Shown here: positions 50,357-63,419 of the stretch, in pieces
Layout: every line of letters starts with the position of its first letter
Position numbering within the stretch: the first letter of the stretch is position 1
NCBI GenBank assembly: GCA_026023565.1
Contig: JAPETS010000005.1
Location: 124,001 to 188,000, forward strand
Reading direction: 5' to 3'
Length of the DNA stretch: 64,000 nucleotides
Source of the DNA: Cirrosporium novae-zelandiae
Taxonomy: Eukaryota
Notes under the pieces: generated by a model
The model's input: only the letters and a program-made list of their open reading frames with translations
Told to the model about the DNA's origin: nothing
The model's database searches: none
Position numbers and translations under genes: made by a program

Positions 50357-50960
50357 AGCACCTCTCTCGGTGATTACCTGAGGTAGGGGGGGGCTTTGGG
50401 CTTTGGGCTTTCTGCAGGACCGGTGTCTGTTAAACAATCTAATAATGGATGATGGGGTCAACGGCATCAATGCGTCCAGCTCAGCGAAAGTGTATTAAGG
50501 TCAACAAAACTGCTTATTCTACAGTCCATTCTTAGGGTAATCCTTTCGTTCCCTTATCGCAATCCATCTATTCATCTTTCAAGGGAAAGCCGAACTTTTG
50601 AAATACACTTCTTCCACTTAAACCCACTCTCCGTCTTTTTCCCATATCTCTTCCTTCCTCGTCCCCGATTTTGCCCGATATTCAACACCAAAAGGTCCAT
50701 TGAGAAGCTCCAACGACCATTCACATCAAACATAGCCCATACAGCCATCGTTGTCGCAATCTGACCCATCCCGAACTCCCCACGTCCATTTGCTTATTAA
50801 CTCACCCCAAAGCAGAAAGGACGAGTCATAGTCTCCAAACAGAATCAGTAACAGTAGTTCAAAGTGTGTGGTAGGATAGCAGGGTAGTCAAACGGTAGCC
50901 ATCAATCGTTGAAGGGACCACACCTGTCAATTTTTATTTAAACCTTCGATTATTCTCACA

Positions 50961-53020
50961 ATGTCGCTCAGACCTCTTTCTCGTTCTCTGACCTCAGCTC
51001 CTTATCTCCATCCCCATCTTCGTCCTATCCGAACTTGTATATCACCTATATATCTAAATTCTACCTCACGTCTTCATTCGACTGCTACTGCCACCGCTAC
51101 TGCTGTCAACATGGGTTCCACTTTATCTAGTATGGGTGGTTATGACTCCACCGAAACTACCACCACTGCTCGAGCGCATCCCAATCGCATTACTCTGCCT
51201 GTTGCCAATTATGATACAACAACTCCAGCAGAAGTTCGACGGTTCCTGAAGACATATGGCCTCACTCCTCCAGCTGTAGAAGACTATGCGACACAGGCCC
51301 AAAGATGTGCGTCACAGCGATTGCTCCCCTCCCCCACTCACTTTGAGAACCATAGTGACTAATATCATATAGGTATGAAGCAGTTGAACTCAAAAGAGAA
51401 GGACATCGACAAATACCTTTACCTCAGCACCCTTCGTCATAATAATGTCCACCTATTCTATCGTCTCGTTACCGATCACATGAAAGAATTGACTCCTATA
51501 ATATATACTCCCATTGTTGGAGAGGCTTGCGTCAAATGGTCAGAAATATATCAGCAGCCTGAAGGACTCTACCTAAGTTACTCAGACAAAGGTCACATCT
51601 CACAAATCCTAGAGAACTGGCGCCAAGATAATGTTGCCATCACCGTCATCACTGATGGTTCTAGAATCCTTGGTCTTGGCGATCTTGGTATCAATGGTAT
51701 GGGCATACCTGTCGGCAAGCTATCGCTGTACGTCGGCTGCGCTGGTATTCGTCCAGAAGCTACTCTGCCATTGACCCTAGATCTCGGCACGAATAATGAA
51801 GCCCTTCGAAATGATCCATTGTACATGGGTAGTCGACGACCAAAGGTTACCCCACAGGAAGAGCAAGAGTTTATGGACGAGATGATGGAGGCACTCACAA
51901 AGAGATGGCCTGGGTAAGTCAGAACTCTTGAAAAACATGTGTCACGTGCCTAATTACCATTTTCAGAATTGTTATCCAGTTCGAGGACTTCAAGAATCCA
52001 TTCCCAGCTCTTAACCGCTACCGCAACAAGTATACCTGCTTTAATGATGATATTCAAGGCACAGGTGCCGTCATCTTGGCTGGTGTCATCAATGCTGTCA
52101 GAGAATCGGGAATCCCTGTAAAGGGCCAACGTGCAGTCTTTATTGGTGCAGGCAGCGCAGGCGTGGGCGTCGCCAAGCAGATTGTCGAATATTTTGTGAA
52201 AGAAGGCCTAACCGAAGATGAAGCCCGTCGATGTTTCTACCTCGTCGACAGCAAGGGTCTCATCACTGCTGATCGAGGCGACAAACTTGCGGACCATAAG
52301 GTCTACTTCTGCCGTGACGACAATGAAGGAAAGCAGTACCCTGACCTTGCATCCGTCGTTGATCTTGTTAAGCCAACTATGCTGATGGGTCTTTCCACCA
52401 TTGGTGGGGTTTTCACACCTTCTATCCTTTCCAAGATGGCACAGTGGAACACTCGCCCAATCATCTTCCCTCTCTCCAACCCCTCGTCTAAGTCAGAATG
52501 TACTTTCGAGGAAGCTGTTACTCATACTGAAGGCCGAGTTCTCTTCGCCTCTGGCTCGCCATTTCCTCCTTGCCCATCCCCAACTGAATCAAAGACTCTG
52601 TACCCAGGCCAAGGCAACAATATGTATGTCTTCCCTGGCATTGGTCTAGCTACCATCCTTTGCAAAGCTCTCCATGTTACAGATGAAATGATCTACGCCT
52701 CTGCCTCTGCTCTCTCAACCGCTGTTCTGCCTGAAGAGAAAGAAGTGGGTTTGCTCTACCCTGACATCAACCGCATCAGAGAAGTAAGTGCCATTGTGGC
52801 TAAAGGTGTCATCCGTGCTGCACAAGAGGGCGGAGTGGACCGAGAAACACGGTTGAGGGAGATGAATGACGAGGCGTTGATGAGGTATATTAAGAGCAAG
52901 ATGTATGATCCTCATACCGAAGGGCAACTTTTGGAAGATGAGGTTAAGGGTTTCTTGAATGGAGAATCTAATATCCTTTCGGAAAAGATGGATTCGACCA
53001 TTTCCGTTTCCAGGCTTTAA
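50961..53020 (+). CDS. maeA: Malic enzyme (NAD(P)-dependent, decarboxylating)
   Basis: PIIYTPIVGEAC, TDGSRILGLGDLG, IQFEDF, FNDDIQGTG, GAGSAG, IFPLSNP, GQGNNMYVFPG. Introns 51307-51372 and 51914-51966; ends SRL. Confidence 0.96.
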
Positions 53021-54623
53021 GTGATGAAATAATTTGAACATTTTATACGGGCTTTCCTATTCGGTACTCCCAGATTATGGATGAACGGACAAGACAAAAG
53101 TATTGATTAGGAATGAGTCTTTTGGGTTGGATTTGGCGTTATCTCTTACAGGTTCATTTTCGACATTTTCCTTTTTTTTTTTGCGTTTGCCATTCAATTA
53201 TGGCTTGAGACTGAGACTTGAGCTCGCGCTCGTGCTGAAAGATGGATGGCCTTTGATAATGATGGTAATACCCCCTTTAGAGCCTGAACAAAATTATTTC
53301 TGCTCACCTATACTATTTCTTCGTGATAGGAGGAAGAAGGAAGATGAGAGACATGGCATGTGGGCTATGTATGTCGAGAAAGCCTTTTTTTTATTGTTGT
53401 TACAAAGAGGCAAGACTGAATTGGTGGGTGTGTTTGTGTGAATAATTTTCATTATGGACCCAGCAATTAGAAGGAATGCTTTTGCCCCTATGGCGTTTTT
53501 TTTTTCACCTTGGAAAGGGGGGAGGTGAAAGGTTATTGTTATTAGAATGGAATATGAAATGTGAATTAATGAAATTGAATATATTTTTTTTCCTTTATTT
53601 TATTTTGGGATGTGTGCCATCTTAGTATTCTGTATTCTTTCTTTTATGTCCTTTTATACTTTTCCATTCTTTTGATCAAATAAATGCATGGATGAATGCG
53701 TTCATCCATTCATCCATTCGTGCTCGACTTTTTATATCCGAAAAATGCATGAAGGTTGTTGGATTATCAGGTCGCTTCGCTAGGTTATAGTACATTGTAT
53801 GTATTATATAATAGTTAATTAGCCCCATTTCTCTTTACCTTTTTCTTCTTCTTCTTCTTCTTCTTCTTCTTTCATTAATTAGAGGGTTACTACCATATAC
53901 CTAGGAATATGACCCATCAAGGTCTATTTTTATTTAAAAAGGAGGAAAGAAGGAGGGAGGGGGAGCCAACAAGGTAATTTTTCGAACTTCCTCATCCATC
54001 ATTCATGAATGACTCAGGTAAGGTAAATTAGTTAAGAAGGAGAAGATGGAGAAGAAAGAAACATGGATTTAATTAATAGTACAATGGGGAAAAGAGTCGC
54101 ACCCCGAGAAAAATCAGAGGCAGGCAGGCAACTAATGAGAACCGAAAAAAATTGTGGTCCTGACCCTTGTAAATAGATAGGATAAATAAAGGTAGAATAA
54201 AATAAATAAACCCCGATCCATCAATCAATCCATCAGATGGGACGAAATACATGTAAATAGTTTCATCTTTATTATTCCCACCACCAATACCACCGCCACC
54301 ACCATCATCATTAGCACGTGTTGCCCCCCCTCCATTTTTTGCCATGAGAAATTTTATCCTATCCCAACCCCATCTTTACTTTGGTGCGTGTATGTGTGTT
54401 TGCGTGTGAGCGGATGGATAGGGACGGCCAGGCAGATTGGTTTGATTGACGCTTTTGCATTGCATTGCCTTGTGTGAATTAAAAAATTTTTTGCTTCCCT
54501 TCTTGGTATTGATCCATTTCTATCCCATCCTATCCCATCCCATTCTGCCCCGTCCCATTTCAAACCAAAGTCGTTAATAGACGGATAAAAAACGATGTAC
54601 GTGAGATCTTTTAAGTCGTCCAG

Positions 54624-57600
54624 CTACTGCGGCAGCTGCATCTTTCTTTCGTTCTCGCTTTCGCTTTCAGGGTTGCGAGGGCTAAGGCGGGAGTTGTCGG
54701 ATATCTGCTTCCATCTACTTAACCAGTTCCAGATTCCGCCGTCGGTTGTGTAGGTTGGTGGGGTATACTTTTGATGGTGTTAGTATTGTGCGTATTTTAT
54801 TTATGATTTATGTGAGGATGAGGATGGGGGAATTTACAGTAGGAGTAGAGGAAGTGCTTGTCCAGCTTGTTGTTATCAGTGTTGTTAGAGATGTAGAAGG
54901 GGATGTTAGAGTCGAGGAGGGGGTTGTTAGTGGTGAAATTGTGGAAGTTAGAAGCGTTGTTGGTGGTGTCGAGGTTGATGGGATGGAAGCTGTTTCTGAG
55001 GTAGAATTCGAGGTGGTTGTCACTGTTGTGGAGACAGATTCTGTAGATTTAGAAGAAGTAGGTCTGGAGGAGGAGGAGGGGGTTGACATCGACATCGACA
55101 TTGACATTGACATTGATATTGTCGGGGATGTAGAAAGAGAAATAGAGCCCCTAGTTGATGAAGGCAAAATGGAACTGGAGCTACCACTCGATGGCGTTAC
55201 GATTACCGTTGTCGTCTCACTCGAACTTAAACTTGGACTTGAACTCCTAGATGTGGTGTTGGAGCCAGCGGAGGAGGTGACACTGACGCTAGGAGTTTCA
55301 GTTAAGGAGATAATTGGGATTGAGTAGGAATATGAATAACTAAGATAAGAGTTTGTGTTTGTGATGCCAGAGGCGGAGGACAGGGTCGTTTCCGTTGCTG
55401 ACCCGATCATTGAAGGCGTACCAGTCATCCCTGAGGATGAGGAGCTTATAGGTATCGATAAACTCATGGAAATTGATGATGAAGTGCTATTGGAAGTTGA
55501 GGGTGAAGAAGTAGAGCTAGATCCAGTCAACAAAGATGAAGATGTGTAACTGGTAGGAATTGGCGATGTGCTGGACCCTGTCGACAGAGTTGACACGGAA
55601 GCTGATGGGGTTGACACGGAAACTGAGGGGGTTGATGAGGGCATGGGCCCCAATGTAGAAATGAAACTTGACGGAGAGGTAGTAGGTACCGATACTGTGA
55701 ATGATGTGGAGACACCGGATGTGTTGCTGGACGAACTCGATGACATTGGTGTAGTTTCTGTTGCAGACCAGACGGTAGAAAACGAGGTGGAGTTCAACCA
55801 GCTCGATGAGCTCGAGCCCGATATTATGGATGAACTCGTGACCAAAGAAGAAGAAATTGAGAAAGAGGATGTGTACGTTATAGAGCCAGAGGATGTAGAC
55901 AAAGTAGTAGACATCGACGAAGTTGACGAAATATAGGTAGAAGACATTGGAATGCTTGAGCTTGAAGAATTGGAATACATAGTCCCCGAAGACGATGATG
56001 TAGATATAGAGAGGGTCTGGGTCGTTAGCAAAGACGACAACGAGCTAGTTGATGTTGGGGAGGAAGCCAAAGTAGACCAAGTCCAGGTTACCGAATTGGA
56101 TGGGATGGATGACGTGTTAGTCATACTGATGATTGAGGATAATGAAGAGGGCATGTACGTGCTAGAGGCAGATGGACTAGAGGTTGTCGGAAATGAAGGC
56201 CAGCTGTAGGTGATAGAGCTGGACGAAGAACCGGTTGCGCTAATGGAAGGCGTTGTTGAATTAGTGGATGCGGTGGAATATGTGTAGGTGATAGAGCTTG
56301 ATACCCCCGATGAAGAAGTATAAGTGAGAGAACTGGGCAGAGTGGATAAGACAGTGAGCGAAGACCCAGTTCCGCTAATGATGGATGAAGTGTTATTTGA
56401 CGTTGGTGTTGTTGTTTCCACCCTAAAAGATGATGTCGAGGAGCCGGAATTGGTAGTAGCTGGCAAAATAGTCGACGGAGAGCTCGAGTTCAATATAGCA
56501 GACGTGGATGTTGATAGTGTGAGCAACGAAATAGTCACAGTTATTGAGGGTGATAGTGGGGTCGTACTATAACTTGAAACTGGGGTTTCTGTTGTACCTG
56601 ACGAGACTGACGAGTAAACAGGCCATGTCCAAGAATAGTAATAGCTACTAGACGTAGACACAGAAGATGCCCCCGATGAGTATAGACTTGAACTGGAGAC
56701 CGACTGGGATGAAGACGGAAGTGTCGTCGTCGAGGAATTAGAGATAGTCCAAGATCTACTTGAGATGGTGATAGTCGAGGAAGGACCTGTTCCAGTCAAA
56801 GATGTTCTCAGAGCAGATCCTGTTCCAGATAAACTAGATGACATTGGGGATGTGCCAGTCATACTTGTTGAAGTGGAAGAACTGTTTGTATATGAGCTCA
56901 TAGAGTAGGAGCTATACGTCCCAGTAGCACTCCACAGTGTTGAAGGACTTGAGGAGCTACCTGTAGTTAAAATTAAAGAACTAGTAAAAGAATAGCTCGT
57001 GCCAAATGAGCTTGGGACAGTTAAAGAACTACCCGTCACAACTGAAGAGCTACTCTTGCTGTAGCTGGTTCCATACGAACTGATTGAATTCGAGCTCGAT
57101 GTTCCAGTGACACTCCAGATGGTTGATGAATTTCCCGTTGCAATCGATGAACTTAAAGTAGAAATACCAGTTCCTGTGGAGGTTAATGAACTTCCAGTCA
57201 AGGTCAAGGAGCTTGATTGGCTATAGCTAGTCCCAGATGAACTAAAAGAGTTTGAAGCAGAAGTTCCAGTAGCATTCCAAAAAGTTGTAAGTGTTGAAGA
57301 ACTTCTTGTCGCAACTAAAGAGCTGCTTCTGCTATAACTAGTTCCGAACGAACTCAAGCTTGAAGGCCATGTCATTGTAGAGTAATGAGTCCCGGTTGAC
57401 AGGGGGGTTGAAGATGACATGTAGGAGATACCTGTGCCTGAAGAATGACCCGAAGAAGTTAATGTGCTTGAAACAGACCCAACCAACGAAGAGCTATTTG
57501 TGCCTAAGCTACTTGTGATAGTGAGTGTCTCAATTGAGCTACTAGTCAGGCCACTCGAAGGATAAACCGTAATGACAGTTGTAGTAGTTATGTACGTTAT

Positions 57601-59356
57601 GTTCGCGCTCGAGCTGGGTACATAAGTGCCATAGCTGTAGCTTGGTAGCCAAGGAGTATATGTGGGGCTAGTATTGCTTGTTGATGAGACTATTGTGATC
57701 ACAGTGATTATTGGGGTTCCCGAAGTCGTATAATTAGTTGACCAGAATGACGGAGTTGACGAACGAGAGTTAAGACTACCAGTTCCCGAGCTACTATAAG
57801 TAGGTGTGGATGTAGAAGAGCCACCCGTACCAGTAGATATAGATGACGAGTAACTTGTTCTGAGAGATTTAGATGATATTATCGAGGAAGCTGAAAGAGA
57901 GCTTGTGTTTGTAGCCATCCAAGTTGTTGAGTTGAAACTAACTACTCCGGTTCTAGAACTGGTATAACTCGACTTAGAGATGGAGGAACCGCCAGTGCCT
58001 GTAATAGTATAGGAATAGGAGGGGCTTGTTCTAGGCGTACTGGAACTTGCGCTAGAGTTTGACGATGTTATTGTGGAAGTCGGCAACGTGAAGCTAGTCA
58101 CAGATATACCAGTGCCAGAAGTGCTTGAACTCCAGGTAGACCAGGAGCTGGGGACATTAGTATTCGTAGAAGTGTTGGAGAAGGAGTTCGTTTTGATGCT
58201 GCTGTAACTTGTTTCATAGGTAGATAGTGTTATCAAAGACGATGATAAAGAACTGGTACTACCGGTAGGGCTGATGCTTGAAAAACTTGAAGAGCCAGTG
58301 CCCGCACTGCTTGAAACTAGTGTATTTGAAACCCAAGAATAAATCGGCCAAAAGAGTGACGTTGTGCTTGAACCAGTAGTACTGTATACTGTAGAAAGTG
58401 AAATGGATGTTGTGCCAGACTTGCCTGAATTGGAAAAAGTGATGGACGAGCTTGTTCCAGTCGATAGCGGTATACTATGGTTTGAACTAGAAGGGGTGTA
58501 GATATTGCTCGAGCTGTAAGCAGTACCGCTCAAACTAGATACAAAAGAAGTTCCAGTAGCCGACACAAGTGTGCTAGGTGTAGAGCTGCGTGGAGTGCTA
58601 ATAGTGTTTGAGCTATATGTAGTACCACCATTACTGAGACTAAACGATGAAGACAAACTTAAAGCGCTTGTTCCAGGTAAGCTTGAACTTAGATTGTAAG
58701 ATGTCACAGTACTGCTTGAGTTAGGGAATGAACTAGAGGGGTAAGAAGTAGTCCATGTCATAGAACTGATTCCGCTAGTAAGGGATGTGATACTAGAGCT
58801 TGAACCAGAACTAGCGGAAAGGGATGATGTCAATGAGCTTGAGTTCCCTATCGAACTGGATGACAATGAATAATAGCTCGAGGTAGAGCTAGATCCTATC
58901 GATAATTAGACAAGTCGCATAAAGTTTAATGTATTATCCATACCTGTGGCATTGGTCAAAGAAATGGTTGTAGAAGACGTGATCTCTGTCGAACTCCCGG
59001 TCGAGCTAGTGCTCAGATGTGGAAGGGATATCGATTCACTACAAGGTGGGGGCGGAGGAAAGTACGGCAGCTCAGCCACATCTATATCAGGCGTCACTAA
59101 ACAAGAATTTTCGGGTCAGTAAGATAGCTTCGCCCGAGGAAATCAACAAAGACTACAAGTAGAGTCTTTCTCCCGATTCCTCAATCAGATTTTTGTTTCT
59201 ATTCCCAAAATATTGAGAGGAATAGAGTCTTGGCGGGTCAAAACAGCGGTTCAACAAGCAACATGGAAAAATATTAATACATGTCTTACCGGGAATGCTC
59301 TGGGCCACTGAGATAGCACACAAGGCGACGGCAGGCAGAACTGTTGAAAAATGCAT
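54624..59356 (-). CDS. Very large secreted Ser/Thr-rich mucin-like glycoprotein (~1,473 aa)
   Basis: Signal peptide MHFSTVLPAVALCAISVA; exons 59356-59290, 59096-58944, 58895-54838 and 54767-54624 join in frame; many N-x-S/T sequons. The last exon is the least certain. Confidence 0.85.
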
Positions 59357-62300
59357 GGTAAAGATGCTGTATGTTAGTAAAGACAGAATACGAGAGTTGG
59401 CAAAGAAAGAAAAAGGCGCCTTGTCTTTGTAACATGATTGCAGTATGAAGGGGTTTTATAATATAATGCTTCTCCAGGTCTCCTTACCGTGTTTAGATTT
59501 CTTCTCAGAAACTAGATATTGTGTGATGAGACACAGCGCAAGAAGGCATAGCGGAGCGGATGGTTCCTCACTAATTCCGTAAAAGCAGGTACTTTACTCA
59601 AGGAGTGAGAGTAATAGCCCCTGTTAATCGACTCATAACGGGAATACTGAGATAACTGTACTCCGTTTGCTTAGAGGAAAGCATGGACCCTCTAAAGGAC
59701 CAGGAGAGCTGCAGAGAGGCAAGGCTACTAATGAACCCGTCCGTTAGGAAAGGTGAATACAACTCAATAACTGGACTTGTTAATTAGAGAAAAAGGGGAA
59801 ATATTTGCAAATCGTAGAAAAAAAAATAAGAAGATTAGGGATATTGTTGTGCAACAAGAATACTTGCCTCGTAGGAAAGCTCAATTGGACGGGATGAGAA
59901 CTTATGAAAGAACCTTTATTGGTACCCAATCATGACCCTCATTCTAGTAAATTGCATTTCCACTACAATAGCTCCCTAAACACAGTATTCTATGCAAAGA
60001 TGTAGCACGAGACAAGTAACACCCGTTAGAAGCAGTGCTAGAGGTCTTTAAGTAGGTAAATCGATTTCTTGAGTTTAAATATTCTTCTTGGTGAAGCTGT
60101 CACCCGAGAAAAAAGTGATATAATAGGAATAATGCAAGCACAGTAAAATAAATATTATCAATATGTAGTTGCTTTCAAATATAGCGAGCACTGTAAATTC
60201 CACGGGAGGCTCGATGCCTATGTGAATCAGCTGGGGCCGCCGTCGTACAACGGTTGGATGTCTCAACATATCCATGAGCTGCCATCAAAACGTCGCAGGG
60301 TGTAACATAAATCGCAATATTCAATATATTCTGTACGTCTTGCGGGAAATCAAGTGTATCAAGATCAAATTAATTAGGCAAACATTGTAGAGCCTTGCAT
60401 CCTAGGGAAGGAAGAAACATATTTTCCCTTTTGTTTACTCCGGCTATTGATAGATCTGGCTGTGTGGTTCAATAATTGTGGCAGCTGTACAACGGTTCCT
60501 CGCATACTGCATGTACTCCACATACTGGCCCATACGGCTCGAAGGTGACACCCAAAGATAAGAGGTTCGGTTGCAAGGAAGAGACCAAGGTAAAAGTCGT
60601 TTAGGAGAGATCGTCACTAGGATGGATTAAAGTGAATAGTTCTGCCATGATAGTACCTGAAAGCAGCTGCAGTGGCGTACTGTATGTAAGGTACCTGATT
60701 TTCCTAGTAATATTTTTCATGTCCTCTTAATCTGCCCCATCAATATGCCTGCCGTAAGCCCACGTGTTATACGGGGCGTAGCAAGATATTTCCTTAAACT
60801 GCATATGAAAAAGGGTTCCTTTGCCTTCCTTGCTTTCTGGCCCTCGGTCATTGGCTTGAAAGTCTATATCCATAGAGTCAGAATAAGTGCAATGGAGATT
60901 TATTTTCCTGTAAAGCTGATTGCTATTCAATTAGTCCGTAGCTGGGTACTGATCTACCTGTCAGCTCGTTTGGTTGAATAATAAAGGACGGGAGACTTTG
61001 TTTGCCAGGTACGGATGATGTAACGAAACTTCTGGCAATCTCGCTTTGCTGCTTCAGGGCTTCAACGTCATAACAAGACATCCAAGGTGTTATGTACCTT
61101 GCCGCAACCCGATTCAAAATATTGTGTATGGAAGGACAAGGCCAAAACGATTGTTGGAATAGAAAATAGATATTGAATTTGGAGATTCAAGATTAAATGC
61201 TACATTACGTTAATGTACTTTATTATTAGGTTCCGTTCACAACTGAATCTGCAAAGCAGATATGGGGCTAACCTATAATAGGCATATATGATAATCATTC
61301 AGGTCTTAGGGTAGTTGTTTAGGCCAATCTTGGGAATACGGCAATGTTGTGTTCCTACTACAGTTATAGTTTAGGCTTGGATGATATTTTTATTGTGTAC
61401 TAGACTGGATAATGGGTAATCGTGAGATTTTACTTCAAATGAGATAAATGGAGTGATTAGGAGCTGTGAGTTTATCTAGATAATATTTGAATATCTCATG
61501 CATATAGACTATCCGGTGTCAAATGGGCACGCACGGTAAGCTGCAATAGCTTGACTAGAGAAGATGTTGGGAATATCACTAACCTCGTTTTCAGGCTTCT
61601 TAAGAGAGGGATACTCTAAGTCTTCCATCTACACCGTCATAAATCTCCTGGGCAATAGATAACTTCATGAGAGAGCATATGTCCTAACGGGAATTTCCAG
61701 CATCAAGAGAAAATATTTTCCAAGCTCCATTAGACCACAACCAGCTAAGAGCTTTATTCAGTGAAGAACACCGCAGAAAACAAGCTTCAATAGGTCAATG
61801 GCTATAAAAGCGAATCTCGCAAATCCAATCACCTCTATAGCATCGAAGCAGAATTCTAAATCGGTGCTATAGAATTTAGAAATAGATTTATCCAAATTAA
61901 GCTGCTAGAGGTTTGAAGGTATAAGATATCCTATAACATAAAGGACTAGGCAATGGCGACTAAATCAAAGGGGAAGTTAATAATCTGAGAAATACCGAAG
62001 AGGGAAAGAATGAGACACGGAGAAAATTAGTTGAGATAAATGCGGAACTCTCAACAATCCTTAGACTATAATATGTTGTGCATTAATTGAAGCTGGTTCA
62101 GTGATGGTCTAACACTGTGTCATCCTTGGTCTTGGCATCATGTTTTGCAAGTGTATTGTTACGTTGAATAGTCCACATGCTGAAAAAAAAATCAATCCAA
62201 GCAGCTTTCTCACTCATCGGCTTTTTCAGTACCCCTAAATTGGGGTGATATTTTGATTGTTGTGCTATCGTCCTAGACCATCATGCATGTATCATAGTCC

Positions 62301-62381
62301 AGTGATTGTTCACTGTTTACCCAGCACACAGACGCAATTTACAGCCATTCCATGAGATCCATAAAAGACGTGTAAAATAAT

Positions 62382-63025
62382 TTAGAAAACAAGAGCAGCA
62401 CCCTTTGTTTTCTTGTCACCACTGTAAAATCAAGGATTAGTAATTAATGTGCTGTAAGATAGACGTTGACTAGATATTGACATACCCCAATTCGAAATGT
62501 TTGCAACGTTTCAGTGATAATTGTGCCTTAGTTTTGCAGACGGTGCATTCTAGACGCAACACAACCTTCTTCGTAGTTTTGGCCTTCTTGTGGAAGACAG
62601 GCTTGGTCTGACCACCATAACCTGATTGTTTTCTGTCATAACGTCTCTTTCCTTGGGCGAATAGCGAGGCCTAGAAGAAGCAAAGTCAGAACCTTGAAGT
62701 CTTAGAAATATCAATATTTCGAAGATAGTCATACCTTTCCGGCCTTGTACTGTGTCACCTTGTGTTGGGTGTGCTTTTTGCAGTCTTTCCCCTTGCAATA
62801 GGTCTTGCGTGTCTTGGGAACGTTCACCTGTTATAAAAAATGGGTTAGCATCTACTGAAGAGATAGTTGAAGCTATGCGCTGAATCAGGGTAATTCTGGT
62901 CAAGAATCAAGTAGCAATCCAGCAAGTCGACAGATCCGTAGAGCCAACATCAATATATCGAGATCCCTAATATTCAGAGTCTATATTCTAGCCTCCTCAT
63001 TATATAAAAATATTTAACTTACCAT
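62382..63025 (-). CDS. RPL42: 60S ribosomal protein eL42 (L44/L36a)
   Basis: ATG-only first coding exon (63025-63023) and three introns give [106 protein letters not shown]. Confidence 0.98.
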
Positions 63026-63139
63026 TTTGACTGATTTAATGCGGTGATGCGGTGATTCGGGGATGCTAAGGTTGATTCGATGTCGCTGGCGTTGGAGATA
63101 ATTCTGTCTTAGGAACCTTGGTGGGAACCAACTCGCTTG

Positions 63140-63147
63140 AGCCCTAA
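63140..63147. promoter_or_regulatory. AGCCCTAA (Tbf1-type) motif upstream of RPL42
   Basis: 115 nt upstream of the ATG, with a variant AACCCTA at 63158. Confidence 0.55.
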
Positions 63148-63419
63148 TCATTACGCTAACCCTATTTAGAATAACTTGAGCCACAACTGTTCGGAGTTTG
63201 AGCCGGGGGTTCTTCTCCCTCAATAATCTATTACTATTTAGCATTGCTCAAACCCCTCCAATAGACTCGAGAGCATATGCTCTTACAAATATATCTATCG
63301 AGGAAAAGTGTTACATCCTTCATATAAGACAGCACCAACTGATGCATTCTTACTAATCTATTTAGATGCCACAAGAATCATTTCTTGGAGAGGGAAACCA
63401 AAATAAATCTAATTAGTTA

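Noticed and set aside
54746..56572. Several Val/Glu/Asp-rich plus-strand ORFs
   Set aside because: Antisense shadows of the Ser/Thr codons of the mucin gene.
60075..61120. Short ORFs in the AT-rich region upstream of the mucin gene
   Set aside because: No recognisable domain, terminal repeats or consistent splice structure.
62550..62903. 117-aa ORF in the track
   Set aside because: Wrong-frame read-through across RPL42 exons and introns.
62880..63005. Possible box C/D snoRNA in RPL42 intron 1 (ATGAGGA...CTGA...TGATGT...CTGA; AGAATTACC before box D could pair with 18S GGUAAUUCU)
   Set aside because: Box C is degenerate, the guide is only 9 bp and there is no terminal stem; a snoscan/Infernal search would be needed.
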